In this document: piece by piece, positions 14,501 through 26,000 of the stretch
Numbering within the stretch: position 1 is the stretch's first letter
Layout: the number at the start of each line of letters is the position of its first letter
From: Aplysia californica
Lineage: Eukaryota
Length of the DNA stretch: 64,000 nt
Direction: 5' to 3'
Assembly: GCF_000002075.1 (NCBI RefSeq)
Contig: NW_004797650.1
Location: 298,249 to 362,248 of the forward strand
The notes under the pieces: generated by a model
What the model saw: only the letters and a program-made list of their open reading frames with translations
The model's database searches: none
Told to the model about the DNA's origin: nothing
Program-made: the position numbers and the translations under genes

Positions 14501-17500
14501 GCTCACGTCTCCGCAAATGTGTCCCTTCTACAGTTATCAAAGTGTGACTGCCAAGACTATCTTGGATACCATTCTGAACATCCAACCAAAGGACAGCTCC
14601 TCAGGGGGTGGGGAGACCCGTGAGTCCATGGTCTACAAGTTCTGCGATGATGTCCTCAACAAACTGCCCCAGGACTATGACCCATTTGAGAAGAGGGCCT
14701 GCCTCACCAAACTGGGCAATCTGGAGCCACTGGTGATTTTCCTGAGACAGGTCAGTTTGTCAGGTTTTGAGTCAGCATCATGGAAATGTAGGACATTTAT
14801 TGTCGTTACAGAATAATACGTAAGTGAATTTTCTTTGATTTTTACATGAGAGCTACATTTTCTAAAGGCTTTGCTTCAATTTGTGAGTTAGAAAAAAAAT
14901 AGTTTCTTTTAAAAAAAATCAAATTCGTAGATCAATGGTACTCTTGGTGATAGGTAACGTGTATTTTTCTTTCTTTACAAATGACTCATTTTCTCTTGGT
15001 TACTCTCTTTGTGTGTCTGTAGAAATAAAGTGTTTTTTTGTTGCCACTGTTGCAGATCTGGTGTGTTCCGATCCTGTTTTTAATAGCTTTTCTCTCACTC
15101 TATTCAGTTCCACAACATACTGTTCATTGAATGATCATTTGAATTCTCTAAATGACATTTTAATGATACCACACATATTAAACCCTGTCTGTACGTCGTG
15201 TTTTACTATCGTATTCAAACCATGTGGGGAACTCTGTGCCACCATTTTCCAAAGAGGAAATTTACTTGTTATTCGATCTGTATGCTTTGCATAGCAGTCT
15301 GTCAAAATGATTTTTTGAGAAATGCTGAAAGTTTCGAAGAGATCTTCGTACTAGAAGTATTCTAAAATGTGAAGAATATAACCCCGGGGGTACAAAATAA
15401 CCCCAGGGCGTATGGATAGGGTTAACACTGGTATGTGGGAGTTTTTTGTTATGAGTATACTTGTCATTTATGGTTATGGACTGCAGCTATGAGAAAAATT
15501 TATCAGTAAAGGAATATAAAGTTCTGGCTTATTTGTTCCTTTCATCTCTACATAGATCTTATCTCATCTTGTCATATTCATGTATATATGCACATATTAT
15601 TAGGAGTAAAGATCTTTCTCATCTTATCTTGTCATATTCGTGTATATATGCTCATATTATTATGAGTAAAGATCTTTCTCATCTCATCTTGTCATGTTCA
15701 TGTATATATGCACATATTATTAGGAGTAAAGATCTTTCTCGTCTCTGCACATATTATTAGGAGTATAAAGATCTTTCTCATCTCATCTTGTCATGTGTTT
15801 TCTGCTGCCAGGAACTGGATCGGATGCAGATTGTGATCACAGCGGTCAGGAACACTGTTGTTGACCTCAAGCTGGCCATTGACGGTACCATCATCATGAG
15901 TGAAAATCTCCGAGATGCCCTGGACTGTATCTACGACGGTCGTATCCCAGCTGCTTGGAAGAAGGTAAGGAAGTCTTTGGTTTCTTTCAGGGATGTCAAT
16001 TCTCAAAATTTTCTCCTAGATTCAGGATTTTGCTTTTAGAAGTTGAGAAAATTAATCCCAACTTTTGTTTTATGTTTTGTTATTATTCAAATTCTTCTGT
16101 ACTTAAAACATAAAAGTCATGAAAATTTGTGTTGAAAAAGTGCAAAACATGTCGCAAATGGTGTTACGGTAACTTGCATAATTTTTGAATAATTTGGCAT
16201 TTTTTGGGCATAATTTGGCCATCTAAATTCGCATAATTCTACAGGGACAGTAAAGGAAAATAATCAGAAATTATGCCAAAAATTATCTAATTTTGCTAAA
16301 TTATGCAGGGTGCATAAAACCACAGGGACAGATTAATAATGTAAAAGTCAAATGGTTGTACTCCACCGACAACTTTCTAAACAAGTGTAGCATTGCTGGA
16401 AATCTGTCCCCGTGGTTTTATGCACACCGCATAATTTAGCAAAATTTGATCAATTTTTGCATAACTTCTGATTATTTTCCTTTATCATTCTTTGTTAAAA
16501 TTAACAGAATCGCATAATTTCACATTTTTGGGCTCAGTTTGCATAATTTCAGAATTTTTCTTGCATAAAACAACGGGGACAGGGAAGAAATGGTAGTGCT
16601 GTGACTGTTCACGAGTAAACGGTTCCCTATCTTGCTGAGGGACACACCCAATAACCACCACCCATTGAAATGCTGCCATCTTAATGTTGCTTGATATCTG
16701 TTGTGAGTCTTTATATTCCATGTCACGAATCACAGGGTGTATTTTGGCTTCTCATAGATTTCCTGGGACTCCAGTACCATCAGCTTTTGGCTGAATGAGC
16801 TTCAGGACAGGAACACCCAGTTCCGCTCTTGGCTCTACAACGGAGCTCCAAAGTCTTTCTGGATGACTGGCTTCTTCAATGCTCAAGGCTTCCTTACAGC
16901 AATGAGACAGGTAAGAAAAAGAAACCATGTATAGATATTGATTCTATCAAAGAAATTTATATTATTTTTAATTTCTTATTAATGGAATGTGTGTTATTAT
17001 TATTTTCTGAACTTCTTCTTCTTCTATCCCGTGGTTGGGGCAACCGTGGGGGCACCACTTCATTGGAAAACCAGCTCTCGCCATCTATTTTTGTCCTCTG
17101 CTCTCCTCAGATTGTCACCCATCGTCTTTCCTGTCCACTCTGTAATGTTGTCCTCCTATCTCCTTCTCAGCCTTCCTCTCTTTTTTCTGAACACATATAA
17201 ATCTAATCTTTCATAATACATGGCTCTAGGCCTCTGGCTGTTGGATTGTAAAATTGTAATGTTGTCTTGTAATTGTATGGGTATAGTGTCCATTTTAACA
17301 CGGTAAAGTCATTGGAGAGGCAAGACTTCTTTGTTGAGAATTTTTGAATAAAATATAGTACCTCATGTTTTTGTCATTCTACTATGTTGAAAAGATCAAA
17401 TAAAGTAATATTGCCCCTTGAAGTCTTTGCACATCCACTTTACATGAATCATATTAGAAGTCACTAATGTTAGTAGCAGTTGTTTGTTTGTTTTGTTTTT

Positions 17501-19134
17501 TTTTTTCGTCCTTTTGTTTGTGCTTTCTTTTACCAATATCTGACTGTGGGCGGTTGGCGGGTGCTCTGGTGTGGTTTGCTCCTTTCCTATCAAACGTCTA
17601 TCGTCATTTTCTCCCCTTCTTCTTTTTATGTTTGTTACTGTCTTGTAACACCCCTAATCTTCTGGCGCTCATATGACCTTATGCAGTTGCGAGCGCCGTA
17701 AAACCTCTACTAAAACTAAAAATATCTGACTCTCAGTCAATTAGGAAAGAGGAAGTGTGCACCACCTTATGCTTGCATTGCCTCTGTTGCTCTGCAGAAA
17801 GTGACCCGTAACCACAAAGGCTGGGCCCTGGACACTGTGGTCTTGTACAACGAAGTGACCAAATTTGAGAACATTGACGCCGTGCCTCAAGAGCCACAGG
17901 AGGGTGTCTATGTCCACGGCCTCTTCCTAGATGGCGCTGGCTGGGACAAACGGAACAGCAAACTAATTGAATCAAAACCCAAGGTGAGGCTGTTTTCCCT
18001 TTGCTGATAATATTTGCTGTTCCCTATTTTATACAGCAGAAGATATTCAGAGACGTCTCTCACAAGTTCCCAGGAACTATTCGCAGACGCAGTCCCGCAC
18101 ACAGATGCACTGCTTTGGGGGTCAAACTGCGTATTGTTTGCTGCAGATCACACATATAGTCACAAATACTGTCGCAAATGAAGTATTAAAAAAAAATTTT
18201 GAAACCTAGCAGTAAAATATCAAATTATGGGTTAAAACAGGAGGTGTGCCCCCCCTAGAACACCCCCCAATTTTTTAACTTGGTCTAGAGGCACAAAGCA
18301 TTTTGATTGGTCTATCTCCATCGGAGATGTCTCCGGATAGATACTGCTGTTTTATACATTCTCAAACTGCAACTGCAAGCCTTCTTTTCATTGCTTAATA
18401 TTTCCCCTTAGTGTTCCTACTGTTGCTAGCTGTGGTAAACCCCTAGTGTCTTTAAAACCATCACTATTTTACCTGCTTAACTCTATGGTTTTACAAATCA
18501 TTGACAATGGTCAAGCTTTGTTCTCTAACAAAATGCATCGTTTGGTAATGAATTCAGAAGTTACACGTCTGTGAGTGGTTTGTGGGTGCTCTGGTGTGGT
18601 TTGCTCCTTCTTTCCTATCAAACAACTATCGTCTTATATCTCCTCCTTCATTTTTTTTGTTTGTTACTCTCTTGTAACACCTCTTATCTTCGGCAATTGT
18701 AGTGCAAGTCATCATCATCATCATTGCCTTTCTCACCCTGCATCAGGGTATAGGCCACGGACAAACACCTTCCACCTTTCTCTATCCTGGGCTAGCCTCT
18801 TGATGTTATTCCATGTCTTCCCACTTTTCTGTACATAGTGCAAGTGCAACTGCCGTAAAACGCTTACTTAAAAAAAAAAAAGAAGCTTCGTTTCATTTTT
18901 TCAAAAATGTCTATCTCCCAGGTCCTGTTTGAGTCCATGCCAGTGATTCACATCACTGCAATAAACAGCACCAGCAATGCGGACAACCCCCGCTTGTACA
19001 AATGCCCAATCTACAAAAAGCCTCGTCGTACTGACCTCACCTACATCGCGGAGGTCATCCTTCGCACTGGTCAGAACGTTGTCGCTGATCATTGGGTCCT
19101 CCGAGGTGTTGCGCTGCTCTGTGATGTCAAATAA
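21..19134 (+). CDS. DNAH5: Axonemal outer-arm dynein heavy chain (DNAH5/DNAH8 type), 3' part: stalk, AAA5, AAA6 and C-terminal domain; 21 exons, 5' part upstream of window
   Basis: Phase-consistent AG/GT exons: 21-268, 950-1025, 1730-1945, 3555-3820, 4415-4583, 5233-5388, 5644-5781, 6758-6958, 7748-7852, 8208-8461, 8955-9145, 9473-9750, 10219-10390, 10840-11066, 11662-11934, 12540-12802, 14534-14750, 15812-15964, 16758-16910, 17798-17983, 18922-19134. Motifs [55 protein letters not shown] and C-terminus [15 protein letters not shown]...[18 protein letters not shown]5 versus DNAH8 orthology cannot be settled without a tree. Confidence 0.93.
950..1025 (+). CDS. DNAH5: Dynein heavy chain exon
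   Basis: [25 protein letters not shown]. Confidence 0.88.
1730..1945 (+). CDS. DNAH5: Dynein heavy chain exon
   Basis: [17 protein letters not shown]...[10 protein letters not shown]. Confidence 0.9.
2250..2779 (-). mobile_element. tRNA-derived SINE with Deu/Nin-like central domain and I/Nimb-like 3' tail (diverged copy)
   Basis: Colinear with the copies at 32168, 52990 and 55880. Confidence 0.85.
3190..3541 (+). mobile_element. tRNA-derived CORE-like SINE with L2-like tail
   Basis: A/B boxes (TGGCCTAGTGG, GGTTCGAATCC), core TGTGTCCTTGGGAAAGGCACTT, tail TGTAAAGCGCATAGAG...TAAATGC(ATT)n; second copy at 60945. Confidence 0.88.
3555..3820 (+). CDS. DNAH5: Dynein heavy chain exon
   Basis: [10 protein letters not shown]...[21 protein letters not shown]. 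Confidence 0.9.
4020..4195 (+). mobile_element. ~175-bp non-tRNA retroposon (GTGGGTGGTTGG family)
   Basis: 12-bp TSD tcacatcacaga; stem-loop tail. Confidence 0.85.
4415..4583 (+). CDS. DNAH5: Dynein heavy chain exon
   Basis: [23 protein letters not shown]. Confidence 0.9.
5233..5388 (+). CDS. DNAH5: Dynein heavy chain exon (AAA5)
   Basis: [19 protein letters not shown]...[17 protein letters not shown]. Confidence 0.92.
5644..5781 (+). CDS. DNAH5: Dynein heavy chain exon (not in ORF track)
   Basis: [46 protein letters not shown]. Confidence 0.9.
6098..6494. mobile_element. Harbinger-like MITE
   Basis: ~30-bp TIR GGCAGCGTGGTGGAATCAGGCTC(C/T)TGTCAA; tta/tca flanks. Confidence 0.8.
6758..6958 (+). 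CDS. DNAH5: Dynein heavy chain exon
   Basis: [13 protein letters not shown]...[16 protein letters not shown]. Confidence 0.92.
7748..7852 (+). CDS. DNAH5: Dynein heavy chain exon (not in ORF track)
   Basis: [35 protein letters not shown]. Confidence 0.9.
8208..8461 (+). CDS. DNAH5: Dynein heavy chain exon
   Basis: [10 protein letters not shown]...[18 protein letters not shown]. Confidence 0.92.
8690..8830 (+). mobile_element. Partial CORE-like SINE
   Basis: gttgtgtccttgagtaaggcatttt...ctcacttcacccaggtgggaatggatacctggctatag matches the 3190/60945 family. Confidence 0.75.
8955..9145 (+). CDS. DNAH5: Dynein heavy chain exon
   Basis: [17 protein letters not shown]...RGLYESDK. Confidence 0.9.
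9473..9750 (+). CDS. DNAH5: Dynein heavy chain exon
   Basis: [13 protein letters not shown]...[17 protein letters not shown]. Confidence 0.9.
10219..10390 (+). CDS. DNAH5: Dynein heavy chain exon
   Basis: [13 protein letters not shown]...[12 protein letters not shown]. Confidence 0.9.
10840..11066 (+). CDS. DNAH5: Dynein heavy chain exon (AAA6)
   Basis: [18 protein letters not shown]...[11 protein letters not shown]. Confidence 0.92.
11662..11934 (+). CDS. DNAH5: Dynein heavy chain exon
   Basis: [21 protein letters not shown]...[17 protein letters not shown]. Confidence 0.92.
12540..12802 (+). CDS. DNAH5: Dynein heavy chain exon
   Basis: [29 protein letters not shown]. Confidence 0.92.
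13351..13650 (+). mobile_element. 3' end of I-group (Nimb/I-like) LINE
   Basis: Encodes [22 protein letters not shown], resembling an I-group ORF2 C-terminus, then 3' UTR, stem-loop and (CTA)n tail. Confidence 0.7.
13944..14122. mobile_element. 179-bp MITE
   Basis: TIR CTGTC(A/C)CCGT.GTTTTATGCA; caatag on both sides; inverted copy at 16404-16582. Confidence 0.8.
14534..14750 (+). CDS. DNAH5: Dynein heavy chain exon
   Basis: [31 protein letters not shown]. Confidence 0.92.
15183..15421. mobile_element. piggyBac-like MITE
   Basis: TTAA(A)-CCCTGTCTGTACG ... CGTATGGATAGGG-TTAA. Confidence 0.5.
15560..15795. repeat. 60-bp minisatellite (about 3.5 units)
   Basis: Unit atctcatcttgtcatattcatgtatatatgcacatattattaggagtaaagatctttctc. 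Confidence 0.9.
15812..15964 (+). CDS. DNAH5: Dynein heavy chain exon
   Basis: ELDRMQIVI...[21 protein letters not shown]. Confidence 0.92.
16404..16582. mobile_element. 179-bp MITE (same family as 13944); related pieces at 16090-16331
   Basis: Reverse complement of 13944-14122. Confidence 0.8.
16758..16910 (+). CDS. DNAH5: Dynein heavy chain exon (not in ORF track)
   Basis: [15 protein letters not shown]...[18 protein letters not shown]. Confidence 0.92.
17013..17182 (-). mobile_element. RTE LINE 3' fragment
   Basis: Reverse translation [16 protein letters not shown]...[11 protein letters not shown]; (GAA)n tail; TSD ttttctgaac. Confidence 0.8.
17546..17720 (+). mobile_element. ~175-bp non-tRNA retroposon
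   Basis: TSD aatatctgact (17535-17545 and 17721-17731). Confidence 0.88.
17798..17983 (+). CDS. DNAH5: Dynein heavy chain exon
   Basis: [12 protein letters not shown]...[16 protein letters not shown]. Confidence 0.9.
18570..18880 (+). mobile_element. ~175-bp retroposon split by an RTE fragment
   Basis: Family body 18570-18709, tail 18846-18880. Confidence 0.75.
18710..18835 (-). mobile_element. RTE LINE 3' fragment
   Basis: Resembles the 3' end of the 46929 RTE; (TGA)n tail; TSD tagtgcaagt. Confidence 0.8.
18922..19134 (+). CDS. DNAH5: Dynein heavy chain last coding exon
   Basis: [11 protein letters not shown]...[14 protein letters not shown]. Confidence 0.93.
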   Translation, partial: VLFESMPVIHITAINSTSNADNPRLYKCPIYKKPRRTDLTYIAEVILRTGQNVVADHWVLRGVALLCDVK

Positions 19135-21001
19135 GTGACTCAGATAACCGGTTTGTGTACTTCTTTAGACAGGACTAAAAACGTACATGTAGATCTATTC
19201 TTGTCGATACTTGCACATCTGTTTTATGAGGTAAGTTGTTTGAATAACCTGTTCTTGAACTTATTTGACAACACAGAAGGTGTACTCTTTATTTTATTTC
19301 AATTGTTCCATTATCAATATCAATTGTAGTAGGCTTTATTCTAGTAGGCTATGCATTTATTTGGTTACACAGGAAACATTATAATCATATGGCAATATGT
19401 GATTTTTTTTTTAATGACTTAAATTTTTCTATACTAATTGTGCATTTCAAATTTTGAACAATTGTTGCAAATTTTCCTCCTTTACATGCAAAGTGAATGA
19501 TGTGGTCTGTAGACCATTTTCTGTTTCTTTACCAATACGAATTTATGGCCAACATCCGTCCAACTATCACAGTGATATTGTTATTTCCTCTTGCATATTT
19601 GTATCTTTTCCTTCTACTCATATATTAACTCATTTTCTCAGCATATATATGTCCATGTTTTTGTTGTAATCCTGACTTACATATTAGTTCGGGATAAGTT
19701 TTACACCATTGCAAACTCAGCATTGATACCAAATTGTTTTGAGCAATTCATTTCTTTGTTTCTGACAGATGTTGACGAGTGGTCAGTTGATGAAAGTTTC
19801 GTTTTTCTTCGTGCCTTCCACTTATTTCTATTAGCCCACATGAAAAGTTTCTGTTCTACCACTGTATGGATAACAAATGTGTTGAATAGAAGTAAGTAAC
19901 ATGCCTGAAGAAAATCCCAGTACTTTTTCCCCAAACCCTGGAGAATTGTGGGTGTCACTCGACCGATTGCCTTTTACATGTATTTACTCTCATTATGTCA
20001 TCATTTTACTCTCTTGGGCACAGGTTCTTTTCTAGTCTCAATCCTTTCTCCATGTGCTTTCCCATTGCTGTTGGTTTTTTTCTCAGCCTTTATAAGATTT
20101 TTGTTTGGAGAAGTGTTTTGATTAAGCTCGCAAATGAAGGTGGCTTCTCAAAATTCATCGTGTCTTTTTCTTGAACCTTACTTTTGACCTTGCATGTCAA
20201 CTTGTCCTTCATTTATTTCAAAGAGAGAATCAAAATTTTTGTCTTTAAAATTTCGTCTCTTATCCACACTTTTTAAAATACTCTTTGAAACTCTGCTACC
20301 AGCATCAGATTCAGTTCTTGTCAATCATGCATCTCTGTCACTTTTCCAAGTTCACAGAAATTCATATTGATTTGTTCCTCATCTCTTGATTTTTTTTAGT
20401 TATCTGTTCATAATATAATGAACAATCTACGGATAAGTTCGAGATATTTTTGCGGAGCAAATACGATTCTAAATTATTTATGAATATCTTATACATTGCC
20501 CTATTCTTTTAATTTCATAGATTTTTTATCTGTAGCGTTTTATTGAATTTTAAAAAGATTCAGTGTAATAATAAATGATGTGGGATTGATTGATTTTTTA
20601 AGTTATAGATGGAACTCAAATTGTGACTGCAAGCAATCTGGAAAGTTGTTCTATTTATTCATCCCATTTTTGGAGATATTTTGATAATAATAATATATTT
20701 TTGCATATGTATTGTGATAAGGTGATTTTTTTGGTTGTCTTCTACACAGTGTAATTTTTTGTTTTTGAGATCTTTTATATGGAATTTTCTTTACTATTCA
20801 TATATCTTTTAAATGTATTTCTCTTTCACTCAGAGCAATGAAAACTGTGATAATGCTATTACTGATTGAGTAGGGCTATTTAGCTTCGACAGTTCTAAGG
20901 GTTCTGTTCGTAGATATTTTTAAAAATCCAATTTCTTGTAAGTTCCACATTAACTTTTGATATTCATGCCCTTGGTTTAGATACATATCTATATATTATA
21001 T

Positions 21002-21007
21002 AATAAA
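21002..21007 (+). terminator. Candidate polyadenylation signal of the dynein gene
   Basis: AATAAA followed about 30 nt later by a GT-rich tract (tctttgttgttgtttg); an alternative AATAAA lies near 20570. Confidence 0.4.
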
Positions 21008-21499
21008 GAATATTAAAAACTTTATGAATGAAGTCTTTGTTGTTGTTTGAATATGCTGCAAATTGGAGAGGGAGAGAGAGAGACAGAGTGATAGAGAGAC
21101 AGAGAGTGATAGAGAGACAGAGAGTGATAGAGAGACAGGGAGATTAGAGTAGGGGTAAGCTCACTAAATTAGCGTCTGCGAGGCACGAACGGACGGCTGG
21201 TAATACTCGCAAATGAATGGATGGGTTACGAATGGTCCACTTGTTAAGATTTGTTTGCTGCACTTCAGGCGCAGAGACAACTGTTCGTTCAGCGAGCAGA
21301 CGGACCGGGCGACTCCATGCATCTGAGTGGGTGGACGGCAAACGGAGTAACGCTTTGTATTGCATAATACTACTACCCCCCCCCCCCCCACAAACTACAG
21401 TACATTGCCATCTAAGTGGGACATGTAGCATATTGCAGCTGGGTGCCATTCATGGCGACCCGGGTATTCCCTCCTCCTCCTCCACAAAAGGTCTTTCAG

Positions 21500-22060
21500 T
21501 CAGTAGTATAGGGTTTTACGGCGCTCACAACTGCGTAAGGTCATATGAGCACGCGAAACACAAGTTGGTCTTGTTCACAACAGTTCGCTGTACGGCTGGC
21601 TCAGGTCAGTAGTTAAATCTTAAAATGTTTAAAAATCAGTGTAAATATACATATATTTTCAATCCAAAACAATTTTTTCTAGTTGACATAAAAATTTTAA
21701 ATAGTACAGTTTTACTTTACAATTTGCCATAAAGGCCAATGGCCTCCATAAAATTCAAAATTTTGCTGGGACCAACGACGGAAAAAATCAAAAGGTCTTT
21801 GGAAAGTTTTAGTTTTAGTAAGAGTTTTACGGCACTTGCAACAAAATAAGGTCATAATATAAGTGCCGAAGAATAGAGGTGTTACAAGAGAGTAACAAAC
21901 AAAAAAAAGAAGGAGGAGAGATCAGGACAATAGATGTTTGATAGGAAAGAAGGAGCAAACCACACCAGAGCACCCGCCAACCACCCACGGTCTTTGGAAA
22001 TTTGTTAAACTTTGGCCATCTCAATAAATTAGAACGCACACAGTGTGACCCACACACATA
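21500..22060 (-). mobile_element. 3' end of the same I-group LINE, interrupted by the 21806-21988 element
   Basis: [23 protein letters not shown] plus UTR and stem-loop. Confidence 0.7.
21806..21988 (-). mobile_element. ~175-bp non-tRNA retroposon inserted in a LINE fragment
   Basis: TSD ggtctttggaaa (21794-21805 and 21989-22000). Confidence 0.88.
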
Positions 22061-22944
22061 GGAAAAGGTTTCAGACTTGGTGCTGCGTCACCAGCTTCTC
22101 TCATCTACTGTGGCACCCCTAGTGGCCTGTAACATTATGCCCAATTAAACAACAGATGATAGGCGTTGATTATCTTTTCCGCTAAAATTCGTCTGTTTGC
22201 CCACCTGCTGAGTGAATAAAATCAGGTCGCAGACAGGCCCAAAATGAATGTCTTGAAGTTTGCAGTCCATTTGCACAGCCATCCATTTTTTGCTCACTCT
22301 GACTGCGTTTGCTACTTAAGAAACGAACTCGTTTATCTAGTTGGCCCTAAGAGGGAGGGGGGGGTGGAGCAGTTAATTATATTTGAAGTACGATATTCAA
22401 TTTGGTCATTTGAAATAACCTTGATCCAATCAATTATGCATTTGAATTTGACCTAACTGAGGAAAGAGACCAGATCCCCATTTAAGCATTTCACTTTGCT
22501 ATGCTGGCAAACATTTCAGCAGACTTTTTGGGGAGGATGCAGAAGAGAAATGAAGAGGAAGGATGTTCTCAAATGTTTGTACAGTACTTCACGGCTTTTA
22601 CCTGTGCATTCCGTCGGAATTTTCACAAGGTCGACAGAAATTGATAAATACAAAAACTGTGTAGAAATCTGAAGAGGACCACTGTAAGGTGACCAGCTTT
22701 TCCATCTTGTGAACGAGGAAGGGAAGAAAACCAAATCAGACTTTGCGTACATTCATACCTTCTAAAAGAGGGGTAAAAAACGTAACAATATATTATTAAA
22801 TCCAGATTTATCACTTCAGTTGGAAGAAAAGGGTGGGGGGTGTTAACAAATAGCTCCACACCAGAAAGAGGTGCAACACTTCTCGTGGTGGGATAAACAC
22901 ACAAAAACATGTGCCCTTTGACAAGTGTGTGCAGCAGTGATTGT

Positions 22945-23024
22945 TACTGCTGGGTCGCGAGTGCGAGAACGGAACTGAATCGCGAATCGCCACTCTCAAA
23001 TTTGGCGAGCAGGATCCAGCCCTA
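22945..23024. mobile_element. 80-bp hAT-like MITE remnant
   Basis: Right end GGATCCAGCCCTA, degenerate left end TACTGCTGGGTC; 8-bp TSD gtgattgt. Confidence 0.65.
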
Positions 23025-26000
23025 GTGATTGTGCTGCCTCTTCTCTGCCTTCTTTTCTCCCTTCCACTTCTGACTTTGCCTGCTGTTTCATTTTGAAAAG
23101 ACTGGACCAGTGTGCATTGTAGAATAGTACTGTTGATTCAACTGTGTGAAAAACCCCCCCTCAAAACAAAACAAATCTGACTTAAGAGGACCAATAACAT
23201 TTCCAGAAATCAGTTTCAGATCTTTCTTGGCTCCTTCCACAAAAAACAAATGCATTTCTTTTAAATTCTTTTCCAAATTTATTAAACAATTTCATAATTT
23301 GAGACAAAAACATAAATATTTCATTGATAAAAAAACCCAACACTTCCACACCACTTACATGTACGCCAGCTGACATATAACATATAATGACACAGGCACA
23401 TATCATACTGTTACAACAGCTTACTCCAACACCAGACACAGAGTGACATGATTGTTTGAAAAAATCTAGAAAATTTACAGGAAAAGTGATCTGTAAATGA
23501 AACTTGCCCACATCTGTTTGATGAGACTGATAAGTTGCCTTTGTCATGTATCAACTCCGTTTGATGAGACTGATAACTTGCCTTTGCCATGTATCAACTC
23601 CAAGTACACCTGCAAGTCCCCCAATAGCATGGCTCTGACCTGCTACATGTATCAAATATTGCCTTATTTTCACAGTCACATTTTCATCTTTATTCTAATG
23701 TTCAGGTGATGAAATGCCACGTTGCTGCAGAGATCAAGTTAGTTATCACTTTTGACCAGCACTAAGTACCTGTAGGAGAACTCCTTTTTAAACCCTGTTT
23801 TACAGATCAACAGAAAGACAAGCAGAATGGGGTAGGGTAACAGGGGCGAAGGGTGTCATAGGCCAAGTAATATTAACAGATGTGCATATGAAGATTATAT
23901 CAAATCCACAAAGTTTTAAAAAATTCAGCACAACACATTATGCCAAGGTCAAGTGTCATCTAATGCAGGAACATGCTGATAAAAATGAAGCTTTTAAAGT
24001 TTGAAAGATGAGAAGGAGTTAAGTTGTAACTAAAGACATGTCAAAATGATTATGGCCACATTTCACAAACTAACAGATAAGGACAGTAATGCCATTGACA
24101 AAAGCAAGGATAAACTACTCTTAGGGAACCCACCAACTTCCATTCTCTAAAGATATGATGAAATCTTTGTGTACACTAACATAGATAAAGCCATGAGACC
24201 TCCTAAATTATGACGCAAAACACTCAGCAGATTGGACAAAGTTGTTGGATGACACAAGACCAGGGCAGACAAACACTCACTTTTAAAAAATGAAATAAAA
24301 AAGTGTGCGCAACCCATACAGCAATGCTCAGCTTCGACTGAAATTCTATTGGGAGGTAATGATCTTGTGTTGCAAAAACAGAGGTGAGGTAGGCAATATA
24401 CATCTCTACTTTAAGAATGAAGTCATTTAAGCCAAGAGTTTTCCTAAATAAAATTTGTTGATGTAACAATCAGACAGCAGCCTTCAAAATTCCTTCCTAA
24501 ATTAACGCAAGTCAGTCTTTTACTCATCCAACTTGACATGATATTCTTTAAGAATTCGACAGCAACTAAACGCTACCAAAACAAAGCTGCGTTGCATTTG
24601 TATGAAGTATGCTTTTCTAGTCTGTTATGGCATATTTTATTTTATACTACATTCTGCCATACAGCCATAGAAATATAAAATTGAGCTGTCGCAGTTGTAT
24701 TGTGAACTGAGCGTCTCACAATACATTAGTTGGCAAGCTTTTTCAATGGATAGGAAAATCAATTTACTGTATAGACTGTTTTCAGCAAATTCACATAACA
24801 CACACATTCCATAACTATAGAAAATATTTGGACTTCAAATCATCAAGACAACATGGGTCAACTTTTATGTTTCTGACCAAAAGATACTCAGAACACACAA
24901 TAATCAAAAAGACTACAATGGCAAATATATTGTACAAAACATGAAGTAATAAATACATCTAAAAAAATCATGGTATTGTTCAACAGCTTGAAATGTTTAA
25001 ACGTCCACTGAAGAGTGATCAGAGTCTCCCTATGAGATATCACGGAACTGGTATAATGTCTCTAATGTAACTAAAAGAACGTTTAATAATAACTATCTCC
25101 TGTACGACTGCGCCAAGCGGCTAGAGAGGCATGAAAAACCCCTTTAACAAATAGAATTACAGAATGCTGCTTTCTGGATTCAAGAAACAGTTTGCCGCAC
25201 CACAGTCGAGAGATGTCTGAACCTTTCTTTAACAAATAAAACATAACATACTGAAAGACATGAGAAAAACATTGTCTGTATTCACTGAACACAGCGCAGA
25301 CATATAGGTTATTTCATTTAGACAACATCAAATATGAATACCTTAATGTTTTATCAACACAAGCTAATGGGTTTCTCAATACATGTGTTTGCACTGTACG
25401 GCAGTGCTTCTTAACTTAATGCACAGTTTACCTTTCCACAAATTAACTTAACCACAAGTCATTCATATTTTAAAAAGGGAGAAGATAGACCAATGAAATT
25501 CAAACAAGGCTTGAATCATAGTAGTTATAGCGAATCATAGTAGTTATAGTTGATAGGAAATGCCATGAGGAAAGCTTCACAAAATCAACAAAAAAAATTT
25601 AATAAACTCATGATACAATTCGATTGGGGTGAAAGATGTCTAGAGATAAAGATCGAGTTTTGAACAGCAGTACAAAAAAAAAAAGAAAGATCAAATAGCA
25701 CTAGAGTGAGGAATGTAATAAGAAACAGCTGGTTTGAATTGCATCACAAACACCCTGCTGTATGTCAATTATTTCACTTCACATCACACTACAAACTTGT
25801 ACAAAACACATTCTTGCCAGAAAAGAAAATTTTGTAGTAAAAGAAAAATGTTTCAAACTCAAATCAACTACTCAGTGTAAAACACCACCATATGCCACTG
25901 TGAAAAGTGACGTAGAACGAAGTCTTACATTGAGCAGTCAAAATGAACGTTTCAGCTAAATTAAATGATACACATTAACAAGGTGATCAGTAAATCAACA

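Noticed and set aside
15560-15795. CRISPR-like array
   Set aside because: Tandem units with no unique spacers, in a eukaryotic intron.
23513-23600. Hammerhead-like TGATGA repeats
   Set aside because: No CTGANGA plus GAAA core with flanking stems; it is a 42-bp tandem duplication.
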